Source: Lama glama (taxonomy: Eukaryota). From it: a stretch of 64,000 nucleotides of DNA. The notes below the pieces were generated by a model that saw nothing but the letters and a program-made list of their open reading frames with translations, searched no databases and had not been told where the DNA came from. Below are positions 62,953 through 64,000 of this stretch, piece after piece. The stretch lies in NCBI GenBank assembly GCA_028534125.1, contig CM052818.1, forward strand, positions 46,936,001-47,000,000, read 5' to 3'. A program made the translations under genes and the position numbers. How positions within the stretch are numbered: position 1 is the first letter of the stretch; every line of letters begins with the position of its first letter.

Positions 62953-63100
62953 GCTTCTCCTTCTTCGGCTTCTGCTTCTTTTGGAAGCGGAGGTAATTAG
63001 GTTCATTTGCTTATTTATGTCAACAGGGGTACTGGGGACTGAACGCAGGACCTCATGCACGCTAAGCGTGCACGCTACCACCGAGCTCTACCCTCTCCCC
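62953..63100 (-). mobile_element. Vic-1-type tRNA-derived camelid SINE
   Basis: Reverse complement ggggagagggtagagctcggtggtagcgtgcacgcttagcgtgcatgaggtcctgcgttcagtccccagtacc...aacctaattacctcc has A/B boxes and a degenerate A tail; flanked by aagctgct (62945-62952 and 63101-63108). Confidence 0.88.
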
Positions 63101-64000
63101 AAGCTGCTTAAAGTCTCCTGAATTGCTATAAATATTGAAAAATTTATCATTTTAACATTTCAATGTTTTTGAATGATTTTGCCCTGTCCCTCCCACTGCT
63201 GCCATCTAAGTAGAAATGTTAAAGGCCATTTCTGGGCACAAAAGTGCATCTCCACGTGGCAGCTTTGGTCCCCACCTCGGAGCTCACGTAGCCACCCCAG
63301 ACATGACTGTTCTCGCTCTGCTCTTCTCTGGAGCTCAGTGTTCGCATCCCCGAGTGGAGACATGGATAGGACAGAGTTATTTGTCGTCTAAACATGGATC
63401 GAATTAACAGGCAAACTATTTGACAAAACGCATTTTGAAAAAATAAAAGCGAGTTTCAGGGCCTGTCACAGCCAATAAATTCACTTAGATGAAAAGCCCT
63501 ATGTGTAATAAGAATGTCACATTGAAGAAATTAAACGATCTTGTCACTTGTAGCAAGAAGTAATAGAATTTTTAAAGGGAGTGAGCTCAGATGAAGCTGG
63601 TGAGCCACGGTGGCCTTTCACATTTGCAATATTCCTAAGATAATTATTAATTAACACACCAGCAACGATTTTAATGTAACATTATGGTACAGATTTAAAC
63701 ACCCAAATGGAAAATGCTTCTTATTAAGGGTTCTCATCCTTTCTCAAAATTAAAATGCTAAACTAATTAAAACCAAAGGTACTTTAAAAAACAGTTTGCT
63801 TCCAAACAGATTTTTAATATATGCCAAGCCAAGTATGAGCCCAGAGCTGTTTTTTTTTTTTTTTTTGCGATGGAATCAGAAATCTATTAAAAATGGAATT
63901 TCTGATAGATGTCCTAACAGCCTCCCCTACCTCCTGGGTGGCAATAATGCCACTTAAGGCAGAGTTTGGCACCGGGTTGCATATTTCCTAAAAGCATTAG

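Noticed and set aside
63010..63100. tRNA-like sequence
   Set aside because: It is the head of the Vic-1 SINE (tail and TSD present), not a tRNA gene.
1..64000. CRISPR array, prokaryotic operon, NUMT, processed pseudogene or viral ORF
   Set aside because: I could identify no repeat-spacer array and no mitochondrial-like, mRNA-like or viral coding sequence by eye. A translated search would be needed to exclude highly decayed copies.

Overview
Mammalian non-coding DNA, very probably from a camelid: there is a Vic-1-type tRNA-derived SINE at 62953-63100 and artiodactyl-type L1 3' ends, and I saw no Bov-A/BovB, CHR or Alu SINEs. I found no convincing protein-coding exon, RNA gene or promoter. The ORF track is chance ORFs, L1 ORF2 remnants, microsatellites and an N-gap. 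The window looks like a large intron or gene desert. It holds old eutherian repeats (MIR, L2, MLT1/MLT2, MER5/20/53/63/103, ORSL, Tigger), about ten young 5'-truncated L1 fragments (two with 5' inversions and TSDs), several AT-rich motif-dense blocks that look like enhancers, an orphan CpG island and a 500-N gap. The most striking structure is an inverted duplication of about 400 bp (50413-50820 vs 52536-52932, 1.7 kb spacer) in sequence I do not recognise as a transposon. Its 94-bp core matches at 90/94 positions, and all four differences are CpG transitions. Repeat-family names come from remembered consensus sequences, not a database search, and most boundaries are approximate.
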